This document shows positions 1 to 15,500 of a DNA stretch of 64,000 nt, piece by piece. Under the pieces are notes generated by a model. The model was given only the letters and a program-made list of their open reading frames with translations. It did no database searches and had not been told where the DNA came from. The position numbers were made by a program, and so were the translations under genes. Positions within the stretch are counted from its first letter, which is position 1; each line of letters starts with the position of its first letter. The stretch is from contig NC_086097.1 of the NCBI RefSeq assembly GCF_963921235.1, forward strand, positions 4,402,001-4,466,000. Reading direction: 5' to 3'. The DNA is from Mobula hypostoma. Lineage: Eukaryota.

Positions 1-3000
1 AACATAGACGGTACGGTCCCTGAATAGGTCCTTCAGATAGAACGTAGACAGTACAGTCCCTGAACAGGTCCTGGTGTTAGAACGTAGACAGTATATCCAC
101 AGAACAGATCCCGCTGATAGAATATACTTAGTACAGACCCTGTAGAAGACCTTAAGATCGAACGTAGATGGTACAGGCCCTGAACAGGTCATTCAGATAG
201 AACGTAGACAGTACGTTCTGAAAAGGTCTTCTACCTGTTCTATCTGAACAGGTCCTTCTCCCTGTTCAATCCAAACAGGTCCTTCAGATAGAATATAGAC
301 AGTACAGTCCCTGAACAGGTCCTTCAGATAGAACGTCGATGGTACGGTCCCTGAACAGGTCGTTCAGAAAAATTGTACTCAGTACAGCCCTGAACAGGTC
401 CTTCAGATAGAAGGTATTCAGTACAGACCCTGAACAGGTCCTTAAAATAGAACGTAGACGGTACATTCCCTGAACAGGTCATTCAGATAGAACGTAGTCT
501 GTACGTTCTGAACAGGTCTTCTACCTGTTCTATCTGAACAGGTCCTTCTCCCTGTTCTATCTAAACAGGTCCTTCAGACAGAATGTAGACAGAACAGTCC
601 CTGAACCAGTCCTTCAGATAGAACGTAGACAGTACAGTCCCTGAACAGATTCTTCAGATAAATCATAGACAGTACAGCACCTGAACAGGTCCTTCAGAAG
701 GAACATAGCCTGTACAGTCCCTGAACAGGTCCTTCAGATAGAACGTAGACAGTACAGGCCCTGAAAAGTTCCTTCAGATAGAACGTAGACAGTACGTTCT
801 GAACAGGTCCTTTTCCCTGATCTCTCTAAACAGGTCCTTCAGATATAATGTAGACAGAACAATACCTGAACCGGTCCTTCAGATAGAACGTCGACAGTAC
901 AGTCCCTGAACAGGTTCTTCACATAGAATGTAGATATTTTAGTCCCTGAATATGTCCTTCTCCTTCACATAGAATGTAGACAGTAAAGGCCCTGAACAGT
1001 TCCTTCAGATAGAACGTAGCCATTTCAGTCCATGAAAAGGTCCTTAAGATAGAAAGTAGATATTTCAGTCCCTGAATAGGCCCTTCAGATAGAACGTAGA
1101 CAGTACAGTCCCTGAACAGGTCCTTCAGATAGAATGTAGACGATACAGTCCTTGAACAGGTCCTTCAGATAGACCATAGACAGTCAGTCCCTGAACAGGT
1201 CCTTAATCTAGAACATGGACCGTAATGTCCCTGAACAGGTCCTTCAGATAGAACGTAGACAGAGTAGAACCTGAAGAGGTCCTTCAGAGAGAACATGGAC
1301 AGTACATCCACTGAACAGGTCCTTAAGATAGATCGTAGGTGGTACAGTCCCTGAACAGGTCATTCAGATAGAACTTAGACAGTACGTTCTGAACAAGTCT
1401 TCTACCTGTTCAATCTGAACAGGTCCTTCTCCCTGTTCTATCTAAACAGGTCCTTCAGATAGAATGCAGACAGAACAGTCCCTGAACTGGTCCTTCAGAT
1501 AGAACGTAGACAGTACAGTCCCTGAACAGGTCCTTCAGATAGAACGTAGTCAGAGTAGAACCTGAAGAGGTCCTTCAGAGAGAACATGGACAGTTCATCC
1601 ACTGAACAGGTCCTTAAGATAGATCGTAGATGGTACAGTATCTGAACAGGTCATTCAGATAGAACTTAGACAGTATGTTCTGAACAGGTCTTCTACCTGT
1701 TCTATCTGAACAAGTCCTTCTCCCTGTTCTATCTAAACAGGTCCTTCAGATAGAATGCAGACAGAACAGTCCCTGAACTGGTCCTTCAGATAGAACGTAG
1801 ACAGTACAGTCCCTGAACAGGTCCTTCAGATAGAACGTAGATAGTACAGTCCCTGAACAGTTTCTTCAGATAGCTCGTACAGAGTACAGTCCCTGAACAG
1901 GTCCTTCAGATAGAACGTAGATGGTACGGTCCCTTAACAGGTTCTTCTGATAGAAGGTAGTCAGTACAGACCCTGAACAGGTCCTTCAGATAGATCGTAG
2001 ACAGTACAGTCCCTGTACAGGTCCTTCAGACAGAATGTACTCAGTACAGCCCCTGAACAGGTCCTTCAGATAGAACTTCGATGGTACAGTCACTGTACAG
2101 GTCCATCAGATAGAACGTACACAGTCCAGCCCCTGAACAGGTCCTTCAGATAGAACGTAGACAGTACAGTCCCTGAACAGGTCCTGCAGTTAGAACATAG
2201 ACAGTACATCCACTGAACAGGTCCTTCAGATAGAACATAGACGGTACAGTCCCCGAACACGTCCTTCAGATAGAACGTAGACAGTACAGTCCCTGAACAG
2301 GTCCTTCAGATAGAAGGTATTCAGTACAGACCCTGAACAGGTCCTTAAGATAGAACGTAGACGGTACATTCCCTGAACAGGTCATTCAGAAAGAACGTAG
2401 ACCGTACATTCTGAACAGGTCTTCTACCTGTTCTATCTGAACAGGTCCTTCTCCCTGTTCTATCTAAACAGGTCCTTCAGACAGAATGTAGACAGAACAG
2501 TCCCTGATCCAGTCCTTCAGATAGAACGTAGACAGTACAGTCCCTGAACAGATTCTTCAGATAAATCGTAGACAGTACAGCAGCTGAACAGGTCCTTCAG
2601 AAGGAACGAAGACTGTACAGTCCCTGAACAGGTCCTTCAGATAGAACGTAGACAGTACATTCTGAACAGGTCCTTTTCCCTGATCTCTCTAAACAGGTCC
2701 TTCAGATATAATGTAGACAGAACAATCCCTGAACCGGTCCTTCAGATAGAACGTCGACAGTACAGTCCCTGAACAGGTCCTTCAGATAGAACGTAGACAG
2801 TACAGTCCCTGAACAGGTCCTTCACATAGAATGTAGATATTTTAGTCCCTGAATATGTCCTTCTCCTTCACATAGAATGTAGACAGTAAAGGCCCTGAAC
2901 AGTTCCTTCAGATAGAACGTAGACATTTCAGTCCCTGAATAGGCCCTTCAGATAGAACGTAGACAGTACAGTCCCTGAACAGGTCCTTCAGATAGAACGT

Positions 3001-6000
3001 AGACGATACAGTCCTTGAACAGGTCCTTCAGATAGACCATAGACAGTCAGTCCCTGAACAGGTCCTTAATCTAGAACATAGACCGTAATGTCCCTGAACA
3101 GGTCCTTCAGATAGAACGTAGACAGAGTAGAGCCTGAAGAGGTCCTTCAGAGAGAACATGGACAGTACATCCACTGAACAGGTCCTTAAGATAGATCGTA
3201 GATGGTACAGTCCCTGAACAGGTCATTCAGATAGATTTTAGACAGTACGTTCTGAACAAGTCTTCTACCTGTTCAATCTGAACAGGTCCTTCTCCCTGTT
3301 CTATCTAAACAGGTCCTTCAGATAGAATGCAGACAGAACAGTCCCTGAACCGGTCCTTCAGATAGAACATAGACTGTACATTCCCTGAACAGGTCCTTCA
3401 GATAGAACGTAGATAGTACAGTCCCTGAACAGTTTCTTCAGATAGCTCGTACAGAGTACAGCCACTGAACAGGTCCATCAGATAGAACGTAGTCCGTACA
3501 GTCCCTGAACAGGTCCTTCAGATAGAACGTAGCCAGTACCGGCCCTGAAAAGCACCTTCAGGTCAAATATAGACAGTACAGTCCCTGAACAGTTTCTTCA
3601 CATAGAACATAAACAGTACTGTCCTTGTACAGGTCCTCCAGATTGAAAGTAGACAGTACAGACTATGAACATGTCCGCCAGTTAGAACACAGACACTACA
3701 ATCACTGAACCGGTCCTTCAGATAGAACAAAGACAATACTGTCCCTGAACAGGCCCTTCAGAGAGAACGTAGATGGTACGGTCCCTTAACAGGTCCTTCA
3801 GATAGAAGGTAGACAGTGCAGACCCTGAGCAGGTCCTGCAGATAGAACTTCGATGGTACGGTCCCTGAACAGGTCCTTCAGAAAAAATGTACTCAGTACA
3901 GCCCCTGAACAGGTCCTTCAGATAGAACGTAGACGGTACAGTCCCTGAACAGGTCTTTCAGATAGAACGTAGACAGTACGTTCTGAACAGGTCTTCTACC
4001 TGTTCTATCTGAACAGGTCCTTCTCCCTGTTCATTCTAAACAGGTCCTTCAGACAGAATGTAGACAGAACAGTCCCTGAACAGGTCCTTCAGATAGAACG
4101 TAGACAGTACAGTCCCTGAACAGGTCCTTCACATAGAATGTAGATATTTTAGTCCCTGAATATGTCCTTCTCCTTCACATAGAATGTAGACAGTAAAGGC
4201 CCTGAACAGTTCCTTCAGATAGAACGTAGACATTTCAGTCCCTGAATAGGCCCTCCAGATAGAACGTAGACAGTACAGTCCCTGAACAGGTCCTTCAGAT
4301 AGAACGTAGACGATACAGTCCTTGAACAGGTCCTTCAGATAGACCATAGACAGTCAGTCCCTTAACAGGTCCTTAATCTAGAACATGGACCGTAATGTCC
4401 CTGAACAGGTCCTTCAGATAGAACGTAGACAGAGTAGAACCTGAAGAGGTCCTTCAGAGAGAACATGGACAGTACATCCACTGAACAGGTCCTTAAGATA
4501 GATCGTTGATGGTACAGTCCCTGAACAAGTCATTCAGATAGAATGCAGACAGAACAGTCCCTGAACCGGTCCTTCAGATAGAACATAGACTGTACAGTCC
4601 CTGAACAGGTCCTTCAGATAGAACGTAGATAGTACAGTCCCTGAACATTTTCTTCAGATAGCTCGTACAGAGTACAGCCACTGAACAGGTCCATCAGATA
4701 GAACGTAGGCCGTACAGTCCCTGAACAGGTCCTTCAGATAGAACGTAGACAGTACCAGCCCTGAAAAGCACCTTCAGGTCAAATATAGACGGTACAGTCC
4801 CTGAACAGTTTCTTCACATAGAACGTAAACAGTACTGTCCTTGTACAGGTCCTCCAGATTGAAAGTAGACAGTACAGACTATGAACATGTCCGCCAGTTA
4901 GAACACAGACACTACAATCACTGAACCGGTCCTTCAGATAGAACAAAGACAATACTGTCCCTGAACAGGCCCTGCAGAGAGAACGTAGATGGTACGGTCC
5001 CTTAACAGGTCCTTCAGATAGACCGTAGACAGCACAGTCCCTGAACAGGTCCTTCAGATAGAACTTCGATGGTACGGTCCCTGAACAGGTCCTTCAGAAA
5101 AAATGTACTCAGTACAGCCCCTGAACAGGTCCTTCAGATAGAAGGTAGACAGTGCAGACCCTGAGCAGGTCCTGCAGATAGAACTTCGATGGTACGGTCC
5201 CTGAACAGGTCCTTCAGAAAAAATGTACTCAGTACAGCCCCTGAACAGGTCCTTCAGATAGAACGTAGACGGTACAGTCCCTGAACAGGTCTTTCAGATA
5301 GAACGTAGACAGTACGTTCTGAACAGGTCTTCTACCTGTTCTATCTGAACAGGTCCTTCTCCCTGTTCATTCTAAACAGGTCCTTCAGACAGAATGTAGA
5401 CAGAACAGTCCCTGAACCAGTCCTTCAGATAGAACGTAGACAGTACAGTCCCTGAACAGATTCTTCAGATAAATTGTAGACAGTACAGTCCCTGAACAGG
5501 TCCTTCACATAGAATGTAGACAGTGCTATCCTTGTACAGGTCCTTCAGATAGAACGTAGACAGTACAGACCATGATCATTTCCACCATTTAGAACACAGA
5601 CACTACAATCCCTGAACAGGTCCTTCAGATATAACGTAGACAGTACAGTCCCTGAACAGGTCCTGCTGTTAGAACGTAGACAGTACATCCACAGAACAGA
5701 TCCTTCTGATAGAATATACTTAGTACAGACCCTGTAGAGGGCCTTAACATCGAATGTAGATGGTACAGTCGCTGAACAGGTCATTCAGATAGAACGTAGA
5801 CAGTACGTTCTGAACAGGTTTTCAAACTGTTCTATCTGAACAGGTCCTTCTCCCTGTTCTATCTAAACCGGTCCTTCAGATAGAACGTGGACTGTACAGT
5901 CCCTGAACAGGTCCTTCAGATAGAAGGTAGACAGTACAGACCATGAACATGTCCGCCAGTTAGAACACAGACACTACAATCACTGAACCGGTCATTCAGA

Positions 6001-9000
6001 TAGAACAAAGAAAGTACAGTCCCTGAAAGGTCCATTCAGAGAGAATGCAGATGGTACGGTCCCTGAACAGGTTCTTCAGATAGACGGTAGACAGTACAGA
6101 CCATAAACATGTCCGCCAGTTAGAACACAGACACTACAATCACTGAACCGGTCATTCAGATAGAACAAAGACAGTACAGTCCCTGAAAGGTCCCTTCAGA
6201 GAGAACGCAGATGGTACGGTCCCTGAACAGGTTCTTCAGATAGACGGTAGGCAGTACAGACCCTGAACAGGCCCTTCAGATAGAACATAGACGGTACGGT
6301 CCCTGAACAGGTCCTTCAGATAAAACGTAGACAGAGTAGAACCTGAAGAGGTCCTTCAGAGAGAACATGGGCAGTTCATCCACTGAACAGGTCCTTAAGA
6401 TAGATCGTAGATGGTACAGTCCCTGAACAGGTCATTCAAATAGAACTTAGACAGTACGTTCTGAACAGGTCTTCTACCTGTTCAATCTGAACAGGTCCTT
6501 CTCCCTGTTCTATCTAAACAGGTCCTTCAGATAGAACGTAGACCGTACATTCCCTGAACCGGTCCTTCAGATAGAACATAGACTGTACAATCCCTGAACA
6601 GGTCCTTCAGATAGAAGGTAGACAGTACAGACCATGAACATGTCCGCCAGTTAGAATACAGACACTACAATCACTGAACCGGTCATTCAGATAGAACAAA
6701 GACAGTACAGTCCCTGAAAGGTCCATTCAGAGAGAATGCAGATGGTACGGTCCCTGAACAGGTTCTTCAGATAGACGGTAGACAGTACAGACCCTGAACA
6801 GGCCCTTCAGATAGACCATAGACGGTACGGTCCCTGAACAGGTCCTTCAGATAAAACGTAGACATTTCAGTCCATGAAAAGGTCCTTCAGATAGAACGTA
6901 GATATTTCAGTCCCTGAATAGGCCCTTCAGATAGAACGTAGACGATACAGTCCTTGAACAGGTCCTTCAGATAGAACATAGACGGTATGGTCCCTGAACA
7001 GGTCCTTCAGATAGAACGTAGACAGAGTAGAACCTGAAGAGGTCCTTTAGAGAGAACATGGACAGTACATCCACTGAACAGGTCCTTAAGATAGATCGTA
7101 GATGGTACAGTCCCTGAACAAGTCATTCAGATATAACTTAGACAGTACGTTCTGAACAGGTCTTCTACCTGTTCAATCTGAACAGGTCCTTCTCCCTGTT
7201 CTATCTAAACAGGTCCTTCAGATAGAATGCAGACAGAACAGTCCCTGAACCGGTCCTTCAGATAGACATAGACTGTACAGTCCCTGAACAGGTCCTTCAG
7301 ATAGAACGTAGATAGTACAGTCCCTGAACAGTTTCTTCAGATAGCTCGTACAGAGTACAGCCACTGAACAGGTCCATCAGATAGAACGTAGTCCGTACAG
7401 TCCCTGAATAGGTCCTTCAGATAGAACGTAGATGGTACGGTCCCTTAACAGGTTCTTCAGATAGAAGGTAGTCAGTACAGACCCTGAACAGGTCCTTCAG
7501 ATAGATCGTAGACAGTACAGTCCCTGTACAGGTCCTTCAGATAGAACGTAGACAGTACAGACCATGATCATGTCCGCCAGTTAGAACACAGACACTACAA
7601 TCCCTGAACAGGTCCTTCAGATAGAACAAAGACAGTACAGACACTGAACAGGCCCTTCAGAGATTACTTAGATGGTACGGTCCCTGAACAGGTTCTTCAG
7701 ATAGAAGGTAGACAGTACAGACTCTGAACAGGTCCTTCAGATAGAACTTCGATGGTACGGTCCCTGAACAGGTCCTTCAGAAATAATGTACTCAGTACAG
7801 CCCCTGAACATGTCCTTCAGATAGAACGTAGACGGTACAGTCCCTGAACAGGTCCTTCAGATAGAACGTAGACAGTACGGTCCCTGAACAGATCCTGCTG
7901 TTAGAACGTAGACAGTACATCCACAGAACAGATCCTTCTGATGGAATATACTCAGTACAGACCCTGTAGAGGGCCTTAAGATCGAACGTAGATAGTACAG
8001 TCCCTGAACAGGTCATTCAGATAGAATGTAGACAGTACGTTCTGAAAAGGACTTCTACCTGTTCTATCTGAACAGGTCCTTCTCCCTGTTCAATCCAAAC
8101 AGGTCCTTCAGATAGAATATATACAGTACAGTCCCTGAACCGGTCCTTCAGTTAGAACATAAACAATACAGTCCCTGAACAGGTCCTTCAGATAGAATGT
8201 AGACAGTACAGTCCCTGAACAGTTTCTTCAGATAAATCGTAGACAGTATAGCCGCTGAACAGGTCCTTCAGATAGAACGTAGACCATACAGTCCCTAAAC
8301 AGGTCCTTCAGATAGAAAGTAGACAGTACCGGCCGTGAAAAGCTCCTTCAGTTGAAATATAGACGATACAGTCCCTGAACTGTTCCTTTACATAGAATGT
8401 AGACAGTACTGTCCTTGTACAGGTCCTTCAGATAGAACGTAGACAGTACAGACCATGAACATGTCCGCCAGTTAGAACACAGACACTACAATCACTGAAC
8501 CGGTCCTTCAGATAGAACAAAGACAGTCCAGTCCCTTAACAGGCCCTTCAGAGAGAACGTAGATGGTACAGTCCCTTAACAGGTTCTTCAGATAGAAGGT
8601 AGTCAGTACAGACCCTGAACAGGTCCTTCAGATAGATCGTAGACAGTACAGTCCCTGTACAGGTCCTTCAGACAGAATGTACTCAGTACAGCCCCTGAAC
8701 AGGTCCTTCAGATAGAACTTCGATGGTACGGTTCCTGAACAGGTTTTTCAGATAGAAGGTAGACAGTACAGACCCTGAACAGGCCCTTCAGATAGAACAT
8801 AGACGGTATGGTCCCTGAACAGGTCCTTCAGATAGATCGTAGACAATACAGTCCCTGTACAGGTCCTAATGTTAGAACGTAGACAGTACATCCACTGAAC
8901 AGGTCCTTCAGATAGAATATACTCAGTACAGACCCTGAACAGGTCCTTAAGATAGAACGTAGATGGTACAGTCCCTGAACAGGTCATTCAGATAGAACGT

Positions 9001-9599
9001 AGACAGTAAAGTTCCTGAACAGGTCATTCAGATAGAACGCAGACATTAGTTCTGAACAGGCCTCCTACCTGTTCTATCTGAACAGGTCCTTCTCCCTGTT
9101 CTATCTAAACAGGTCCTTCAGATAGAGCGTAAACAGAATGGTCCCTGAAGAGGTCCTTCAGAGAGAACATGGACAGTATAATCCCTGAACAGGTCCTTCA
9201 TATAGAACATAGACAGTACAGACCCTGAACATGTCCATCACTTAGAACACAGACACTACAGTCCCTGAACAGGTCCTTAAGATAGAACATGGACCGTAAA
9301 GTCCCTGAACAGGTCCTTCAGAGAGAACAGGGACAGTACAGTCCCTGAACAGGTTCTTCAGATAGAACGTAGACTGTTCAGTCCCAGAACAGGTCCTTCA
9401 GATAGAACGTAGACAGTACAGTCCCTGTACAGGTTCTTCAGACAGAATGTTCGCAGTACAGCCCCTGAAAAGGTCCTTCAGATAGAACGTTGATGGTACG
9501 GTCCCTGAACAGGTCCTTCAGATAAAACGTAGACAGTGCAGTCCCAGAATAGGTCCTTCAGAAAGAACGTAGACAGTACAGTCCCAGTACAGGTCCTTC

Positions 9600-12500
9600 A
9601 GACAGAATGTTCGCAGTACAGACCCTGAACAGGTCCTTCAGATAGCACGTCGATGGTACGGTCCCTGAACAGGTCCTTCAGAAAAACTGTACTCAGTACA
9701 GCACCTGAACAGGTCCTTCAGATAGAGCGTAGACAGTACTGTCCTTGTATACGTCCATCACATAGAACGTAGACGGTAAAGACCCTGAACAGGTCCTGCA
9801 GATAGAACAAAGACAGTACAGTCCCTGAATAGGCCCTTCAGATAGAACATAGACAGTACAGACCCTGAATAGGCCCTTCAGATAGATCGTAGGCAGTACA
9901 GACCCTGAACAGTCCCTTCAGATAGATCGTAGACAGGACAATCCCTGAACAGGTCCTTCAGATAAAACATACACAGTACAGCCCTGAACAGGTCTTGCAG
10001 TTAGAACGTAGACAGTACATCCACTGAACAGGTCCTTCAGATAGATCGTAGGTAATACAGTCCCTGAACAGGTCCTTCAGATAGAACGTAGACAGTACAG
10101 ACCCTGAACATGTCCAGCACTTAGAACACAGACACTACAGTCCCTGAACAGGTCCTTCAGATAGAACACAGACAGTACAGACCCTTCAGAGAGCACGTAG
10201 ATGGTACATTCCCTAAACATGTTCTTCAGACATAAGGTAGACAGTAGAGTCCCTAAACAGGCCCTACAGATAGAACGTTGACGGTACGGTCCCTGAACAG
10301 GTCCTTCAGATAGAACATAGAGAGTACAGTCCATGTACAGGTCCTTCAGACAGAATTTTCTCAGTACAGCCCCTGAACAGATCCTTCAGATAGAACGTGG
10401 ACAGTACGTTCTAAACAGGTTTTCACCCAGTTCTATCTGAACAAGTCCTTCAACCTGTTCTATCGGAACAGGTCCTTCAGATAGAATGTACACAGAACAG
10501 TCCCTGAACAGGACATTCAGATAGAACGTAGACACAATAGTTCCTGAAGATGTCCTTCAGAGAGAACAGGGACAGTACAGTCCCTGAACAGGTCCTTCAG
10601 ATAGAACTTAGACAATACAGTCCCTGAACAGGTCCTTCAGATAGAAGGTAGACAGTACAGTTCCTGAACAGTTCCTTCAGATAGATCGTAGACAGTACAG
10701 TCCCTGAACAGGTCATTCAGACAGAACGTAGACAGTACAGTCCCTGAACAGGTCATTCAGGTAGAACGTAGACAATGCGTTCTGAACAGGTCTCCTACCT
10801 GTTCTATCTGAACAGGTTCCTTCTCCCTGTTCTATCTAAACAGGTCCTTCAGATAGAATATAGACAGAACAGTCCTTGAACCAGTCCTTCAGATAGAACG
10901 CAGACAGTACAGTCCCTGAACAAATTCTTCAGATAAATCGTAGACAGTACAGCCGCTGAACAGGTCTTTCAGATAGAACGTAGACCGTACATTCCCTGAA
11001 CAGGTCCTTCAGATAGAACGTAGACAGTACAGTCCCTGAACAGGTCCTTCAGAAAGAACGCAGACAGTATTGTCCCTGAACAGGTCCTTCAGATAGAACA
11101 TAGACAGTACAGTCCCTGAACAGGTCCTTTAGATAGAACGTAGAGAGCACAGTTCTGAACAGGTCTTTCAGATAGGACGTAGACAGTACAGTGCCTGATT
11201 AGGTCCTTGAGATAGGACGTAGACAGTGCAGTCCCTGAACTGGTCTTTCAGATAGAATGTAGACGGTACAGTCTCTGAACAGTTCCTTCAGATAGAACGT
11301 AGACAGTACTGTCCTTGTACACGTCCATCAGATAGAACGTAGACAGTAAAGACCCTGAACAGGTCCTTCAGATAGAACAAAGACAGTACAGTCCCTGAAT
11401 AGGCCCTTCAGATAGAACATAGACAGTACAGTCCCTGAACAGGTCCTTCAGATGGAACGTAGACAGTACAGACCCTGAACAGGCCCTTCAGATAGACCGT
11501 AGACAGTATAGACCCTGACCTGGCCCTTCAGATAGATCGTAGGCAGTACAGACCCTGAACAGTCCCTTCAGATAGATCGTAGACAGGACAATCCCTGAAC
11601 AGGTCCTTCAGATAAAACGTAGACAGTACAGCCCTGAACAGGTCTTGCAGTTAGAATGTAGACAGTACATCCACTGAACAGGTCCTTCAGATAGATCGTA
11701 GATCATACAGTCCCTGAACAGGTCCTTCAGATAGAACGTAGACAGTACAGGTCCTGAACAGGTCCTTCAGAAAGAACGTAGACAGTACAGTCCCTGTACA
11801 GGTCTTCAGACAGAATGTACTCAGTACAGCCCCTGAACAGATCCTTCAGATAGAACGTGGACAGTACTTTCTGAACAGGTCTTCACCCTGTTCTATCTGA
11901 TCAGGTCCTTCTCCCTGTTCTATCTAAACAGGTCCTTCAGATAGAATGTAGAGAGAATAGTCCCTGAAGAGGTCCTTCAGAGAGAACATGGACAGTACAG
12001 TCCCTGAACAGGTCCTTCAGATAGAACGAAAACAGTACAGACCATGAACATGTCCGCCAGTTAGAACACAGACACTGCAATCCCTGAACTGGTCCTTCAG
12101 ATAGAACAAAGTCAGTACAGTCCTTGAACAGGTCCTTCAGATAGACCGTAGACAGTACAGTCCCTGAACAGGTCCTTCAGATAGAGCGTAGACAGAATAG
12201 TCCCTGAAGCGGTCCTTCAGAGAGAACATGGACAGTACAGTCCCGGAACAGGTCCTTCAGATAGAACGTAGACAGTACAGACCCTGAACATGTCCATCAC
12301 TTAGAACACAGACACTACAGTCCCTGAACAGGTCCTTCAGATGGAACACAGACAGTACAGACCCTTCAGAGAGCACATAGATGGTACGTTCCCTAAACAT
12401 GTTCTTCAGACATAAGGTAGACAGTGGAGCCCCTGAACAGGCCCTACAGATAGAACGTTGACGGTACGGTCCCTGAACAGGTCCTTCAGATAGAACGTAG

Positions 12501-15500
12501 AGAGTACAGTCCCTGAACAGGTCCTTCAGATAGAAGGTAGACAAAATAGTTCCTAAAGATGCCCTTCGGAGAGAACAGGGACAGTACAGTCCCTGAACAG
12601 GTCCTTCAGATAGAACGTAGACTGTTCAGTCCCAGAACAGGTCCTTGAGATAGAACTTAGACAATACAGTACCTGAACAGGTCCTTCAGATAGAACGTAG
12701 ACAGTACAGTTCCTGAACAGTTCCTTCAGATAGATCGTAGACAGTACAATCCCTGAATAGGTCCTTTAGATAGAACGTAGACAGTACAGTCCCTGAACAG
12801 GTCATTCAGGTAGAACGTAGACAATGCGTTCTGAACAGGTCTCCTACCTGTTCTATCTAAACTGGTCCTTCAGATAGAATATAGACAGAACAGTCCCTGA
12901 ACCAGTCCTTCAGATAGAACGTAGACAGTACAGTCCCTGAACAAATTCTTCAGATAAATCGTAGACAGTACAGCCGCTGAACAGGTCCTTCAGATAGAAC
13001 GTAGACCGTACATTCCCTGAACAGGTCCTTCAGATAGAACGTAGACAGTACAGGTCCTGAAAAGTTCCTTCAGGTCAAATATAGACGGTACAGTTCCTGA
13101 ACAGGTCCTTCAGATAGAACAAAGACAGTACAATCCGTGAACAGGCCCTTCAGAGATAACTTAGATGGTACGGTCCCTGAACAGGTTCTTCAGATAGAAA
13201 GGAGACAGTACAGAACATGAACAGGTCCGCCACTCAGAACACAGACACTATAGTCCCTGAACCGGTCCTTCAGATAGAACAAAGACGGTACAGTCCCTGA
13301 ACAGGCCCTTCAGAGAGAACATAGATGGTACGGTCATTGAACAGGTTCTTCAGATAGAACGCAGACAGTACAGTCCCTGAAGAGGTCCTTCAGATAGAAC
13401 GTTGACAGTACAGTCACTGTACAGGTCCTTCAGATAGAATATACTCAGTACAGACCCTGAACAGGTCCTTCAGAAAGAACGCAGACAGTATTGTCCCTGA
13501 ACAGGTCCTTCAGATAGAACATAGACAGTACAGTCACTGTACAGGTCCTTCAGATAGAATATACTCAGTACAGACCCTGAACAGGTCCTTCAGATAGAAC
13601 GTAGACAGTACAGTCCCTGAACAGGTCCTTCAGAAAGAACGCAGACAGTATTGTCCCTGAACAGGTCCTTCAGATAGAACATAGACAGTACAGTCACTGT
13701 ACAGGTCCTTCAGATAGAATATACTCAGTACAGACCCTGAACAGGTCCTTCAGATAGAACGTAGACAGTACAGTCCCTGAACAGGTCCTTCAGAAAGAAC
13801 GCAGACAGTATTGTCCCTGAACAGGTCCTTCAGATAGAACATAGACAGTACAGTCCCTGAACAGGTCCTTTAGATAGAACGTAGAGAGCACAGTTCTGAA
13901 CAGGTCTTTCAGATAGGACGTAGACAGTACAGTGCCTGATTAGGTCCTTGAGATAGGACGTAGACAGTGCAGTCCCTGAACTGGTCTTTCAGATAGAATG
14001 TAGACGGTACAGTCTCTGAACAGTTCCTTCAGATAGAACGTAGACAGTACTGTCCTTGTACACGTCCATCAGATAGAACGTAGACAGTAAAGACCCTGAA
14101 CAGGTCCGCCAGATAGAACAAAGACAGTACAGTCCCTGAATAGGCCCTTCAGATAGAACATAGACAGTACAGTCCCTGAACAGGTCCTTCAGATGGAACG
14201 TAGACAGTACAGACCCTGAACAGGCCCTTCAGATAGACCGTAGACAGTATAGACCCTGACCTGGCCCTTCAGATAGATCGTAGGCAGTACAGACCCTGAA
14301 CAGTCCCTTCAGATAGATCGTAGACAGGACAATCCCTGAACAGGTCCTTCAGATAAAACGTAGACAGTACAGCCCTGAACAGGTCTTGCAGTTAGAATGT
14401 AGACAGTACATCCACTGAACAGGTCCTTCAGATAGATCGTAGATCATACAGTCCCTGAACAGGTCCTTCAGATAGAACGTAGACAGTACAGGTCCTGAAC
14501 AGGTCCTTCAGAAAGAACGTAGACAGTACAGTCCCTGTACAGGTCTTCAGACAGAATGTACTCAGTACAGCCCCTGAACAGGTCCTTCAGATAGAACATA
14601 GACGGTACAGTCCCTGAACAGGTCCTTCAGAAAGAACGTAGACAGTACAGTCCCTGTACAGGTCTTCAGACAGAATGTACTCAGTACAGCCCCTGAACAG
14701 GTCCTTCAGATAGAACATAGACGGTACAGTCCCTGAACAGGTCCTTCAGATAGAATGTAGACAGTACACTCCCTGAACCGGTCCTTCAGATATAACGTGG
14801 ACAGTACAGTCCCTGAACAGATCCTTCAGATAGAACGTAGACAGTACTGTCCTTGTACACGTCCATCACATAGAACGTAGACAGTAAAGACCCTGAACAG
14901 GTCCTTCAGATAGAACAAAGACGGTACAGTCCCTGAATAGGCCCTTGAGATAGAACATAGACAGAACAGTCCCTGAACAGGTCCATCAGATAGAAATTAG
15001 ACAGTACAGTGCCTGAACAGGTCCTTAAGGTAGAATGTAGACAGTACAGTGCCTGATTAGGTCCTTGAGATAGGACGTAGACAGTACAGTCCCTGAACTG
15101 GTCCTTCATATAGAACGTAGACGGTAACAGTCTCTGAACAGTTCCTTCAGATAGAACGTAGACAGTACTGTTCTTGTACACGTCCATCAGATAGAACGTA
15201 GACAGTAAAGACCCTGAACAGATCCTTCAGATAGAACAAAGACAGTACAGTCCCTGAATATGCCCTTGAGATAGAACATAGACAGTACAGACCCTGAACA
15301 GTCCCTACAGATAGATCGTAGACAGGACAATCCCTGAACAGGTCCTTCAGATAGAACGTAGACAGTACAGTCCCTGAACAGGTCTTGCAGTTAGAACGTA
15401 GACAGTACATCCACTGAACAGGTCCTTCAGATTGAAAGTAGACAGTACTGTCCCTGAACAGTTCATTCAGATAGAACGTAGACAATACGTTCTGAACAGG

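Noticed and set aside
3846..3866. CENP-B box-like motif in the variant TTCGATGGTACGG
   Set aside because: Spacing and 3' end do not fit TTCG-N4-A-N2-CGGG
9138..9180. Hammerhead ribozyme in variants containing CTGAAGA (by analogy with newt satellite 2)
   Set aside because: CUGANGA is present but no correctly placed GAAA or three-stem junction was found; CTGAAG simply pairs with the adjacent CTTCAG. An Infernal search would settle it.
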